DNA from: an uncultured Planctomycetota bacterium
GTDB lineage: Bacteria > Planctomycetota > Planctomycetia > Isosphaerales > Isosphaeraceae
Direction of reading: 5' to 3'
NCBI GenBank assembly: GCA_963823665.1
Contig: CAWGMQ010000005.1
Coordinates: 320,001-384,000, forward strand
DNA length: 64,000 bases
The notes below the pieces were generated by a model, which saw only the letters and a list, made by a program, of their open reading frames with translations, was not told the DNA's origin and ran no database searches. The position numbers were made by a program, and so were the translations under genes. Positions 10,095 to 19,655 of this stretch are shown in pieces; the stretch's first letter is position 1; the number at the start of each line of letters is the position of its first letter.

Positions 10095-10546
10095 ATGCGG
10101 AATCACGTTCACAGGACATCGGCCAACGGCTCGGACACAGCTCGTGGCGCTGGGCGTAAGGCTCGGAACGCATTGCTGGCGGTCAGAACGGAGACTTCCG
10201 ACATGATCCCCGCTGCTGGGAGCTTTCTCAGCCGGGCGATGTACACGACTTCGTATGGCGTGTCGTATGGAATGATCTTCCCCGTGTTGCTGATAGGCGC
10301 GCGGTGCCGAGGGAGAACGCACTCGTGCACGGCATTGCCGACGGTGCGAACGCGGCGCGGGACCAGGTCACGTCGTGGCTGGGGTCGAGAGATGGGGTTG
10401 AGGGCGACCAGGAGGAAGAGGGCGAAGAGAGTGATGAGGACGGGGAATCAAGTTCCGACCAGAACGGAGCGACGCTTCCAAAACGGCAGCGACGGCAAGG
10501 CGCCCGGGCACGCAGCGGTCGCCAGGGGTCGCGTTCCGCGCGCTGA
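10095..10546 (+). pseudogene. Hypothetical protein split by a frameshift near 10297
   Basis: Frame 10095 (SRAMYTTSYGVSYGMIFPVLLI) appears to continue in frame 10304 (PRENALVHGIADGANAARD) with an acidic/basic tail. Confidence 0.5.
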
Positions 10547-10598
10547 AAGTGACCCTGGGTGTGTGATGAGCGCTGCGTGGGTTGCCGGGAATCGTTGT

Positions 10599-11098
10599 TT
10601 ATCGGGCCGGGCAGCCGGCGAGGTTGGCCGGGTGGTGGACGCCTAACCGAGTTGCGACTTCGCGCAGGCGCGCGGCTGGCGGCGAAGTATCGGCCAAGGA
10701 GCCGGCCTTTGGTGAGCTTCTCGAGCCGGGCCCACCAGCGCTCGGCGCTGGAGCCGAGTCGTTCGAGGATTCCCGCGAGCTCGGCGGAGATTGCATTTGG
10801 GGTGGCGAGTGGCGGGTGATGGGTGGCGGGTGGTCTCAGGACTGTGAGCGGCTCGGTGGATTTGCCGTCGCGGAACAACCTTCCGGTGTATTCGACCAGG
10901 AGCAGGTCAATCTTTGGCCAGGTCGGGGTCGAGGCGTACCAGTACATGCAGATGGTTGTCCATGACCGAGAACCCGGCGGCAGAGAGCGAGAAAATATCC
11001 GCAAGTTCTTGGAGGCGTTGTTCGATCCATTCTCTGCGGTTGATCGGGCCTTCACTCAGCAAGAACGCGCGACGCACACAGCGCGTGACGCACGTGTA
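10599..11098 (-). pseudogene. REP-associated tyrosine transposase (RAYT/HUH Y1) remnant with central deletion
   Basis: Minus-strand translation YTCVTRCVRRAFLL...EWIEQRLQELADIF...FSVMDNHLHVLVRLDPD (HUH motif) is joined directly to the C-terminal LLLVEYTGRLFRDGK...ISAELAGILERLG...GRLLGRYFAAS / RLREVATRLGVHH. A CCACC-rich repeat is inserted near 10800-10860. Confidence 0.8.
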
Positions 11099-11152
11099 CG
11101 CCCCCGCCGCGGACGCCGAGGCGGCCGCGACGCTGCGCCATCGCCGTTCCGG

Positions 11153-11792
11153 TCAAGCCAAGAACATCTCGATCTGTCGAAGCGCCTCCAGGCTCGTCGG
11201 CTCCCGGAGCAGCTCGGTGGCCAGACGGTGAACGGCCCTGGCCAGTTGGAAGGTCGCAGGCTCGTGGTCCTGCCAACTTTCCGTGGCCCCCATCCGGTTG
11301 CCCCATCGGAACCAGCAGCGGACGGTCATCCCGTCGCAGCCGGGACCCGCCGAGTTCTCCGGCCGCAGGGGGATGCTCGCCGGGATGCGCTCGTGGAACC
11401 GGACGATTTGTTGTCGATCCGCCCGCCCGGTCTCCTCCCATCGCTCAAGGTCAGACGGGGGAGGGCCCTGCTGAGGCCATCCCTCCTTCAGGAGCTGGTT
11501 CTCGGCCCCGAGCCGTCAATTCCCCGACGAACTTTACGAGGCAAACCTCGGCCGCTTCCGGCCACTCGACGACGATGATGCCGCAGGGCCGATAGAACGA
11601 GGGGGAGTACGAGACAAGGTAGAACGGCAATGTGTCAGACCTGACCACCTTCGAGAGCCACCGAGGCTCGAACCAGTGCCCCAGATCGGACCACGGGTCG
11701 CAGCCAGGTGGCTCTCCACCTGCGATGAGCGAGGCGCCGTCCTCCGCGCCGGGGTGCCTCGGGCCTGGGGGCTGTGGTTCGGGAGAGGACAT
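11153..11792 (-). pseudogene. Frameshifted hypothetical protein
   Basis: Protein-like segments in successive frames (WFEPRWLSKV...SYSPSF; IVRFHERIP...GCDGMTVRC; SWQDHEPATFQLARAVHRLATELL...FLA*). Confidence 0.35.
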
Positions 11793-12038
11793 GTGGGTCC
11801 TCCGGGCAGGAGCTCGTCGGACAGTAAGATGTCGGATGGGGCTCAGGTTAGCGGATCTGACCCTGCGTCGCCAGATCCCGGCGCCTCCCATGAGCGAACC
11901 CCATGAGGGAGGGAAATGGCCGTCGTCACCCCGAATCAGCCCCGTGACTTCGACAGGGCGGCTGCGACCTGAACTCATGGCCGCGGGTATTCGGCCTCGC
12001 CTCTGGGGGGGTGTTGAATTCGGCAGTCGCAATCGGAG

Positions 12039-12464
12039 TCAGGCTTCGGGGCCCCGAGCAAGCAGGGCGAGGAGTTCGGCTGGAGTCAGGACCGGTGCTG
12101 GGGAACCGGCGAAATCCTTGCGGTTGCGCGTGACGATGGCGTCGAGGCTGGCTTGCACGGCGCAGGCGATGTGCAGATTGTCCTCGAAGTCGGAACCGTT
12201 CAACGTGGCGGCCATTTCCAGTGTCGTCCGATCGACGGATACGATTCCCAGCGATCGGAGGCAATTCGTCACCGCGATGTGCGCGCGTCCCAAGTCGGCC
12301 TGCTTGCGAATGACATAAAAGAGGGTTGGTAGCGCGGCGGCAGAAATTCGGGCGTCGACCCGCCCGACCTGGTTCGCGTCCCAGATCGCATCGGCTTCGG
12401 CCCTCCAGGGTTCTCGTGCAAGGAGGGCATCCAGTACGACGTTCAGATCGAGCAAAACAGTCAC
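12039..12464 (-). CDS. PIN-domain (VapC-like) toxin
   Basis: VLLDLNVVLD, DFEDNLHIACA, IVTRNRKDF; start overlaps the stop of the upstream small gene. Confidence 0.9.
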   Translation of the reverse strand: MTVLLDLNVVLDALLAREPWRAEADAIWDANQVGRVDARISAAALPTLFYVIRKQADLGRAHIAVTNCLRSLGIVSVDRTTLEMAATLNGSDFEDNLHIACAVQASLDAIVTRNRKDFAGSPAPVLTPAELLALLARGPEA

Positions 12465-12724
12465 CGGCCGTATTTCTCTATCCGATGCTCGTCGATCCAG
12501 CGTTCGACCGTTTCGTCATCGGGAGGGGGCCGGTCGGTCTTGAGCAGGCCCTGGATTTCCGCCGCTGTTAACCCGCGCTCCTTCGCGGGGGCGGCTGCCG
12601 GTGGCGCGTCCGCATTATCCAGAGACTCAAGGATCTTGTGCGCCAGCGTGATCTGCAATGTCGTCGGCCAAGCCTTGACTCGTTTCAGCACGTCCTTCAG
12701 TTCCGTCGCTTCGGCAGTGCTCAT
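12461..12724 (-). CDS. Putative antitoxin paired with the PIN toxin
   Basis: 87 aa, directly upstream and overlapping; ends PPDDETVERWIDEHRIEKYG. Confidence 0.75.
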   Translation of the reverse strand: MSTAEATELKDVLKRVKAWPTTLQITLAHKILESLDNADAPPAAAPAKERGLTAAEIQGLLKTDRPPPDDETVERWIDEHRIEKYGR

Positions 12725-12831
12725 GGGTTAGGCCTCTCCGGCAAGTCGAAAACAGCCGTTTCGTCGACCTGGCACCCCCGCCCGGCTTTCATGATCAGTT
12801 TACCAAAACGACTGTAAACCCGCAGTACACA

Positions 12832-12846
12832 GTAGTGCCAAGGGCT
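12832..12846 (+). repeat. Direct-repeat motif copy 3 (GTAGTGCCAAGGGCT)
   Basis: 15/15 identical to the core of copies 1 and 2. Confidence 0.8.
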
Positions 12847-12907
12847 AGAATTGCTTCCACGTTTCTTGAGCGATCATGAGTAGCGCCTCGATACCGCTAC
12901 GCCATCT

Positions 12908-13061
12908 TGGATCGTGAGCTTGTACGAGGCGGAGGACAACGCCGTCGTCACCGGGCACCTGGGGCTTCACCGGTTCGATCGACGAGCTTTCGATCTACGT
13001 CCGCGCGCTGAGCGATAGAGAGATTCAAACGATCTATAGCGCGCGAAGCGCCGGTAAGTCG
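12908..13061 (+). pseudogene. LamG-like domain remnant (N- and C-terminal pieces fused)
   Basis: IVSLYEAEDNA followed, in another frame, by WGFTGSIDELSIYVRALSDREIQTIYSARSAGK. 12951-13061 matches 14251-14361 at 97/111 nt. Confidence 0.65.
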
Positions 13062-13179
13062 GGCGGGTCGGCACCAGCGACGACGGGGGTCGTGGTCGAC
13101 CTTTAGACGGGTGTGGCCGGCCACCGGACTTGCTAGCTGCCGGCGCTCGCATTTGGGACGTGGTCGGCAGCGGTGGAAA

Positions 13180-13330
13180 CGAGATTCTGGTGGGATCGAG
13201 CTCCGACAGGGCGTTGCCGCGGTTGTTGACGGAACGGGCGACGCTTTCACGGAGATCGGGGGTGTTCAGGCTGCGCGGCGGCCAATCGTTTGAAGATCGA
13301 CGGCCTCGTCGTTGGAGCAGCGCAGCGTCA
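13180..13330 (-). pseudogene. TPR-repeat fragment
   Basis: IFKRLAA..P..PDLRESVARSVNNRGNALSEL; similar at DNA level to 15720-15800 (GGCCAATCGTTTGAAGATCG shared). Confidence 0.5.
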
Positions 13331-13627
13331 GGGCGAAGAGATGACCATTGTGGCCCATTCGTGGCCATCTTCGGATGGGTTCACTTCCCACGTGATCCAT
13401 CCAATCATGTTCATGCGATGCCATTCTGTGGATTTATACACGACAAAGCATCTCACAGTAAAAGAACTCCACGGGGTGTTGTTTGCACTTCGATCGATGG
13501 TGTCGGCGAGAACCAAATGCAGCCATGGATGGTACGCTGATCGCAAAAGGTTGTGACCGGGGTCATCGGGTTTCCCGCTCACCGTCTGCGGAAGCATGTG
13601 GGAACGGAAAGGTGCCTTCGGTTGACA

Positions 13628-13645
13628 GTAGTGCTGAGGGCTGAA
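13628..13645 (+). repeat. Direct-repeat motif copy 4 (GTAGTGCTGAGGGCTGAA)
   Basis: 16/18 match to the core; shares the ACA left flank with copy 3. Confidence 0.65.
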
Positions 13646-13932
13646 AGTCCGTGGCTATTGACCGAGGCCCTGGCGGGGCCATGGACGATGCCGTCGATAT
13701 TCGCGTCGGCATGATGCTTTGATGCAGCATTGCATTTTTCGGCCTTGCGTCAGCCCGAAAACGTGGCGAGGATTTACCTTGATCGGTCAATCGAGCCGCG
13801 GAACGGACAGTGCTCAACCGGTCAGGCAACGATGGCGTTACGTCGAATCCGAGCCGGTGCCGCGTGTGCCCCGCGCACCAAACGCATCGCACCGCACTCG
13901 GCTTGCGTTCAATCTGAGCAAGCAAGGTCAGC

Positions 13933-14142
13933 ATGTTTCGAATTTCGTGCGAGGGACGCCCGACCGTGGTCGTCGGTACGGTCAAGGCGGTGCAGGCCGC
14001 GATCTGCTCGAGCGAGCCCGGACGATATGAAATCCATATGGTTGGCGAAAAGAGTTCGCCCGCCGGCCAGGATGTCCGTCGTTGGGGCGTCGGCGTAAAG
14101 CTGGCGGATGGGTCATTCGAGATCGAGTTAGACTACCAGTAA
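13933..14142 (+). CDS. Small hypothetical protein
   Basis: 69-aa ORF MFRIS...PGRYEI...RRWGVGVK.ADGS with AAGG RBS; resembles a small Isosphaeraceae-type family (recall, unverified). Confidence 0.55.
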   Translation: MFRISCEGRPTVVVGTVKAVQAAICSSEPGRYEIHMVGEKSSPAGQDVRRWGVGVKLADGSFEIELDYQ

Positions 14143-14189
14143 CCGTCACGGCCCGATCACGGCGGACCATCCCGTGGCGAAACTGAACC

Positions 14190-14361
14190 TGACCGGCGAA
14201 GCGACAACCTGCCGGGAGGCAACGACCCCGCTATCGAAGCCTACCTCTTGCCGGGGACCTGGGGCTTCACCGGTTCGATTGACGAGCTCTCGATCTACAA
14301 CCACGCTTTGCGCGATTCAGAGATCCGAACGATCTATAGCGCGGGAAGCGCCGGTAAGTCG
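14190..14361 (+). pseudogene. Second LamG-like C-terminal remnant
   Basis: LPGGND....YLLPGTWGFTGSIDELSIYNHALRDSEIRTIYSAGSAGK. Confidence 0.65.
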
Positions 14362-14375
14362 AATGGGTACCGCCA

Positions 14376-15492
14376 TCACTCTGGAGTCTCCGATTCAGAT
14401 GATAGCCTGCGCGCTAGCTCGATCTCATGGCGCTCGCGTTGAAGCTCGGCGGCCAATTCCTCCTCGCTCGGGAGGTGCAGTTTATAGCGCGACGCAAAAA
14501 TCTGTTTGTTGCCTTCCGGTAGCGTGTATCGGACTACGGCTTCGCTCTTGTCGGTGCAAAGCACGATTCCGATCGGCGGGTTTTCATCCGGGGCTGTCAG
14601 CTCGCGCTGGTAGTAATTGACATACATCTGCATTTGCCCGAGGTCTTGATGCGTGAGCGATCCTACTTTGAGATCCAGGAGGACAAACGAGCGAGTAATC
14701 CGGTTGTAGAACACCAAGTCGATGAAGAAATGCCGGCCATCAAGCGTGATCCGCTGCTGCCTTCCCATGAATGCGAAGCCCTTTCCCAGCTCAAGCAGGA
14801 ATTGCTGCAACTTCGCGAGCAAAGCTTGCTCCAGGTCGGACTCTTGCAACCGCTCGTCTTGGCGGAGCCCCGTGAATTCGAGCACGAATGGGTCTTTGAT
14901 AAGGTCGGCTGGCTGTGTAATTTCATGCCCTTTCTGAGCCAGTGACAAGACGCCGGCCTTGTCACGGCTCAAGGCGAGGCGATCGAACAGAAGTGAGTCG
15001 ATCTGTCGTTCGAGTTCTCGGGTGGACCAGCGGGCATTGACAGCCTCGGCCTCATAAAACGCTCGCGCGTTCGGATTGTCGACGCGAAGCAGGAGCCGGT
15101 AATGCGTCCAGGATAATTGTCGACGCAGTGCGTCGACTTTTGGGTAGGCCAGAAAAAAAGCTCGCATATGGAAGAGGTTCGAGCGGTCATAGCCTCTGGC
15201 GAATTCTTGCCGCAGCCGCTGGGAAAGCCCGTCGATGACGCGTTTGCCGTAGTCTGCTCTTTCCCGGCCGGCTTGTTCCTCTTCGACGATTGCGCGGCCG
15301 ACATCCCAGTAGGCTTCAACCATGGTCGTGTTGACAGCCTGCCACGCGCGGTTGCGGGCAGCGGCCAAGATGTCGCGGACATGATGATACAGATTGTCCA
15401 GACGCTGCGCGGGTGCCGCGCTGACCGGCAGCAAGGCGGCGCGCGGATAACTTACCTGATAGCTTCTTGGGTCGATTGAATCTCTTTGCCAT
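14376..15492 (-). CDS. YhcG/DUF1016 PD-(D/E)XK nuclease-domain protein (possible frameshift near the N-terminus)
   Basis: AVNTTMVEAYWDVG, RADYGK, LSWTHYRLLL, WSTRELERQI, IKDPFVLEF, FLLELGKGFAF, IDLVFYNR, DLGQMQMYVNYY, ENPPIGIVLC. Likely ATG at 15492 is out of frame. Confidence 0.9.
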
Positions 15493-15590
15493 GCTGACGG
15501 TAAAGCACGGCATGGCTTCGGAGGCGAGCCGTTTTGCAGATGAAATGACTGAATTGCAATGCAGCGAAAATCAGACAGCAGGGAATAGGT

Positions 15591-15830
15591 ATGGTGCCAG
15601 AAATGCCACGAGCGAATAGGTCGGGTGTGGAAATCTGGGACGGGAAGTGGCACCACGTCGCCGGCACTTTTGACGGCATGACGGTCCGTATCTATGCTGA
15701 CGGCAGGCAGGTGGGATTTCGACGGAGATCGAGGTCTTCGGGTTGCTGGGCGGCCAATCGTTTGAAGATCGCGACGGCCTTGTCGTGGGACTCGAGCGCT
15801 TGCTCTTGGCCAACGCGATCTCGTCGATGA
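15591..15830. pseudogene. Head-on junction of a LamG middle fragment (+) and a TPR fragment (-)
   Basis: + strand IWDGKWHHVAGTFDGMTVRIYADGRQVG; - strand QALESHDKAVAIFKRLAAQQPEDLDLRR. Confidence 0.6.
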
Positions 15831-16079
15831 GCCGAGAAATCGCACCGGTTGGAACCGAACGAATTCGCGGCCGCTATCCCGAGCCGACGGTGAAGGCGAG
15901 CTTCCACGTTGCCGGGTTCAATTCAATTCAATCGCCATGCAGAGCGCGGGTGCTTGCGGGATGGTAGACTGAGTTGCGTGGGTCGCTGACATGGATAAGC
16001 TCGTTGAAAAAGGTTTGGAAGGCCGAGTGGAGCTTATCATCAGCGGCTCACGTAAGCACTGGCCTGCGGCATGGTATCT

Positions 16080-16186
16080 GGCCCCGTGGACGGTTGCCGT
16101 ATTTGCTGGTGTGTCGGCTGATGGACGATTCCGTACAAATTCTCCGGTTCATGCATGGCAAGCAGAAATGGCCATCCACTTCGTGA
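16080..16186 (+). pseudogene. ParE/RelE toxin C-terminal remnant
   Basis: LPYLLVCRLMDDSVQILRFMHGKQKWP matches the ParE end motif (Y.I.Y....V.ILR..HG...WP). Confidence 0.55.
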
Positions 16187-16208
16187 AAACAAATCCGTCG
16201 CAAAATAA

Positions 16209-18850
16209 TAACTGACGTTCCGCACATCTGCCCCTGATTATCTCCGAATTACCGCCGCCCAAGTCAGTCGACGAGGGCTGGGCAGCGCCGATTACACCGA
16301 GGCTGGCCCAGGGACGCGATGTGACTCGCGGCCGCACGGCCATTGCCTCGCGCACGCGTCCGGTGTGATCGCCGCGGTTCGCGCCCGCTCGCCGGTAGGC
16401 CACTACACCAAGACTCCCTGCCTGACATCGACATCTTCTCGTCAAGTCAAGCCTAACCGCAGTGTCCAATTCCACGAGCCAGAAATTTCTATAATTCTTC
16501 AGTTGGCCCCTCTTCGACGTAAGTCTCGCGGAGTGTGGCAACCCAAGTAGCCAGTCGAGAACATCTTTGTCCTTCCCCCAGAGAAAGAGCTGTTTTTCTC
16601 GGGAAAAAGCGCTTCTCGAAATCACCAAGCGCGATTTGACCAACCGTTTGTCGAAATCGAGTCCCGACGTAGGTCCAATTCGACGCGACTTACGTCAAAT
16701 TACAACATCATACTTAAGGTGGCGGAATCCGTGGATGCCTTGAAGATTTCTCCTCCAGGACAATCATGTCCGCAGGAATCTCGGCGAGACAGTCGCTCTG
16801 CTTCATGTGTCCAGAGCGGCCCCAGCGTATCTTGTCTATGCCGATCACACGCGTTCCTAAGGAGCAACACGGATGCAGAAGCCCAAGAAACGACACGTTC
16901 CTTCTTCGACTGTCCCCCCACGCCCCGGTGAGATCGCTCGCGCCAAGGGACAGGCTCTTAGCTCGTACCGAATCGACGCCCTACCTGTCGTCAGTCAACT
17001 CCTCGAACGCATGCGCCTCGACGAGTTTCTCCGATCGTATCTCCCACGCGCCGATCGGCGCTGCCGAATCGCTCCTGCGCTGGGAATCTCACTCCTGCTC
17101 AAAAATGTTCTCCTCTCCCGCGAGCCTTTGTACGGCATCGGAGAATGGGCGGCGAGGTTTGCTCCTGAGGCACTCGGCTTCAACGACAGCCAACTGCCTT
17201 CTCTCAACGACGACCGGATAGGACGCTGTCTCGATCGCTTGTTCCAAAGCGATATCACCTCATTGGTCCTGGCGCTGGTGGCCCATGTGATCAAAGAATT
17301 CGACGTGGACCTCGACGAGCTCCACAACGACTCCACCACCATCACCTTCCATGGTGCATACGCTGACGCGGCCAAGGAAGAAATGCGGGGCAAACGGACC
17401 AGGATGGCGATCACCTGGGGTTACAACAAGGATCATCGCCCAGACCTTAAGCAACTACTTTACATCCTCACAGTGGCCAAGGACGGTGCCGTTCCGTTGT
17501 ACTTCCAGGTTGCCAGCGGCAACGTGGCGGACGATCAAACCCACCGCGCTACCTGGGATCTTCTCTGTCGCCTGACGGGAAGGCGAGATTTCCTCTACGT
17601 CGCGGACTGCAAGCTGGCCAGCGCCGAGAACATGGCCCATATCCATCAACGCCAAGGCCGGTTTTTAACCGTGCTGCCGCGGACTCGGTCAGAGGACGGC
17701 ATCTTCCGAGACTCACTCGGCAGTGGCCAGATCCAGTGGCGGCACATCCATGACAAGCGAAATGACGACGGCAAGATTGTGGATAAGTACTCGATCTCCG
17801 AGCCGGGTTCGCTGAGCGTCGAAGGATACCGACTGGTTTGGTACCACAGTACGCGCAAAGCCGAGCAGGATTCCCATGCGCGTCATCAACAGGTCGAAAG
17901 AGCCTTGATCGAATTGTCGGAGCTGCGTTTGAAGCTCTCATCTCCGCGGACGCGGTTTTGACAAGAGGCGAAGGTTGTGGATGCCGTTCAGGAAATCCTC
18001 CGGGCGCAGGGCGCTGAGAATTGGATCGTCACGGAGATCAAAGAGCGAACCGAGGAGAGGTTCCGCCAGGACCGGCGAGGTCGACCGAATGATCAAACGC
18101 GATACGTCAGGAAGACGAGCACTCGCTTCGAGCTGGCGTATCACATCGATCACGAGAGACTCGTCGCGGAAACGGCGGGTGACGGAGTCTTCCCTTTGAT
18201 CACGAACGACCATTCACTGTCGGGCTTGGAAATGTTGCTGGCCTACAAGGGCCAGCCGGCGCTGGAGAAACGGTTTTCGCACTTGAAGACGGACTTCGAA
18301 GTCGCCCCGGTTTATCTTAAGGAGGCCAGCCGGATTCAGGCGTTGCTCTGTGTCTATTTTCTGGTGCTCCTGGCTGAATCGCTACTCGAACGCGAGCTGC
18401 GTCGTGCCATGGACCGCGAGGCGATTGAAAGCCTGCCTCTGTATCCAGAAAGTCGGAAGTGTCGCCATCCCACAGCTCGTCGGCTGATCGACCTGTTTGA
18501 GGATGTGCAACGGCACTCGCTGCAAGTCGGACGGCGACCGTCAGTGGTTTTCACAACTCAATTGAGCCGGCTGCAACGGCAGGTGCTGCGTCTGCTTGGT
18601 ATGTCGAAAGTCTACGATGGCTGATTTGGTCAGCCAGCGTGCGACTGTTCTCGACGGCGCTGAACCGCAAGACATAAGCGTGAGCGGATAACAACTCTTG
18701 CGATAGTCAAGCAGTCGAGCCCTCAAATCGACCATGGGTTGCGAGCGGTAATCGACTGCTGACTTGCGTGAGAGACCCCCAGCGCCTGCCCGATTTACCG
18801 CCGGGCGATATTCCGGGATAATCAAGGGCAGATGTGCGGAACGTCAGTTA
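16209..18850 (+). mobile_element. IS1634-family insertion sequence
   Basis: Terminal inverted repeats TAACTGACGTTCCGCACATCTGCCC(C/T)TGATTATC at 16209 and ending at 18850. No clear target duplication. Confidence 0.88.
16873..18624 (+). pseudogene. IS1634-family DDE transposase with in-frame TGA at 17959-17961
   Basis: LNDDRIGRCLDRL, LHNDSTTITFHG, GYNKDHRPDLKQ, GNVADD, YVADCKL, YKGQPALEKRFSHLK. The two ORFs are in the same frame. Confidence 0.88.
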
Positions 18851-18876
18851 AGATTAAGATCAAGACCAAGATCAAG
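18848..18876. repeat. Hexamer microsatellite (AAGATT/AAGATC); related GATTAA/GATTAG run at about 22181-22214
   Basis: TTAAGATTAAGATCAAGACCAAGATCAAG and GATTAAGATTAGGATTAAGATTAGGAT. Confidence 0.6.
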
Positions 18877-19137
18877 CCGCCGTCCGTTTGCACTAGTGTA
18901 CGGATGCTGGAAGGGGCCCGGAATATTGCCACTTTTTGCCATTTTTTCGAGGGGCGGGGCGATTGCTTCGGTGGAGTGGCTGCTCTGCAAGTTCAATGGG
19001 CATCATCGAATAGGAACAGAGACGGGCGTTTTTCGGCGACGGCAGACGCTCATGGCACGGGTCACCGAAAATTGCCATTGTTAATCGTGGGTGTTGTTCA
19101 CTATGTTTCGGGCCTTTTTTTTTCGCGCCTGGCGACG

Positions 19138-19215
19138 CGAGATGCGCGCCGGCTGGGGTGGTCTTCCCTTTGCGGAAAGACCCCCACCGCCGCCTGCGGT
19201 GGCACCTCCCCCACA
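19138..19215 (+). repeat. Dispersed intergenic repeat (other copy at about 22248-22330, partial at 21870)
   Basis: Shared CGCCGCCTGCGG(T/C)GGCACCTCCCCC preceded by CTGGGGTG...GGTCTT. Confidence 0.55.
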
Positions 19216-19415
19216 CGGGCGCAACGATGGCGCACTGGCTCTGGGATGCGAAAGCGGCCCTCGTTGTTCAACCATGTTACCGCCGCGTTGCCCACTCGCC
19301 TCGGGTGCGCAACGCAATGTCTTGTCGCGGGCTGAGAAACGCGATTGGGAGAGGTGGGGATTTTTTTGAAATTGGTAACATCCAGTAGCATTTCGTACCA
19401 CTTGCTGGGGAATCG

Positions 19416-19601
19416 TCGCCGTATCCGGAGGGAGATCGTCAGGCTGAAGCCTAACCTACGCGAGGAAATCGTCAGGCTAAAGCCTGACCTACTTGAAGCT
19501 CGCATTGATGTCGCCGTATCCGGAGGGCGATCGTCACGCTGAAACCTGACCGACGCGAGGAAATCGTCAGGCTAAAGCCTGACCTACTTGAAGCTCGCAT
19601 T
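19416..19601 (-). repeat. REP cluster: 2 x 95-bp tandem units holding 4 GTAG-type REP hairpins
   Basis: GTCAGGCTAAAGCCTGACCTAC (reverse complement GTAGGTCAGGCTTTAGCCTGAC) x2 plus 2 degenerate copies; units start at 19416 and 19511. Confidence 0.85.
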
Positions 19602-19604
19602 GGG

Positions 19605-19655
19605 TCCTCGGGCTCGCGCCTCTCCTGGGGCTCGCGCCTCTCCTGGGGCTCGCGC
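19605..19655 (+). repeat. 18-bp tandem repeat x3 (TCCTGGGGCTCGCGCCTC)
   Basis: Copies at 19605, 19623 and 19641; the third is interrupted by the IS4. Confidence 0.8.

Noticed and set aside
4526..13645. Classical integron attC array or XerCD/pdif modules
   Set aside because: No RYYYAAC...GTTRRRY imperfect palindromes, no dif-like 11-6-11 consensus, no intI. Kept only as a non-canonical att-like hypothesis.
12951..14361. 111-nt near-identical pair as a DGR template/variable repeat
   Set aside because: The 14 mismatches are not adenine-specific in either copy, and there is no reverse transcriptase in the window.
17959..17961. In-frame TGA in the IS1634 transposase as selenocysteine or programmed readthrough
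   Set aside because: Context RF*QE fits a CGA>TGA transition at a non-catalytic position; no evidence for a SECIS element; other genes use TGA as a normal stop.
19416..19601. Regularly spaced palindromic repeats resembling a mini-CRISPR array
   Set aside because: The intervening sequences are short and themselves duplicated (95-bp tandem unit), the repeats carry the GTAG REP foot, and no cas genes are present.
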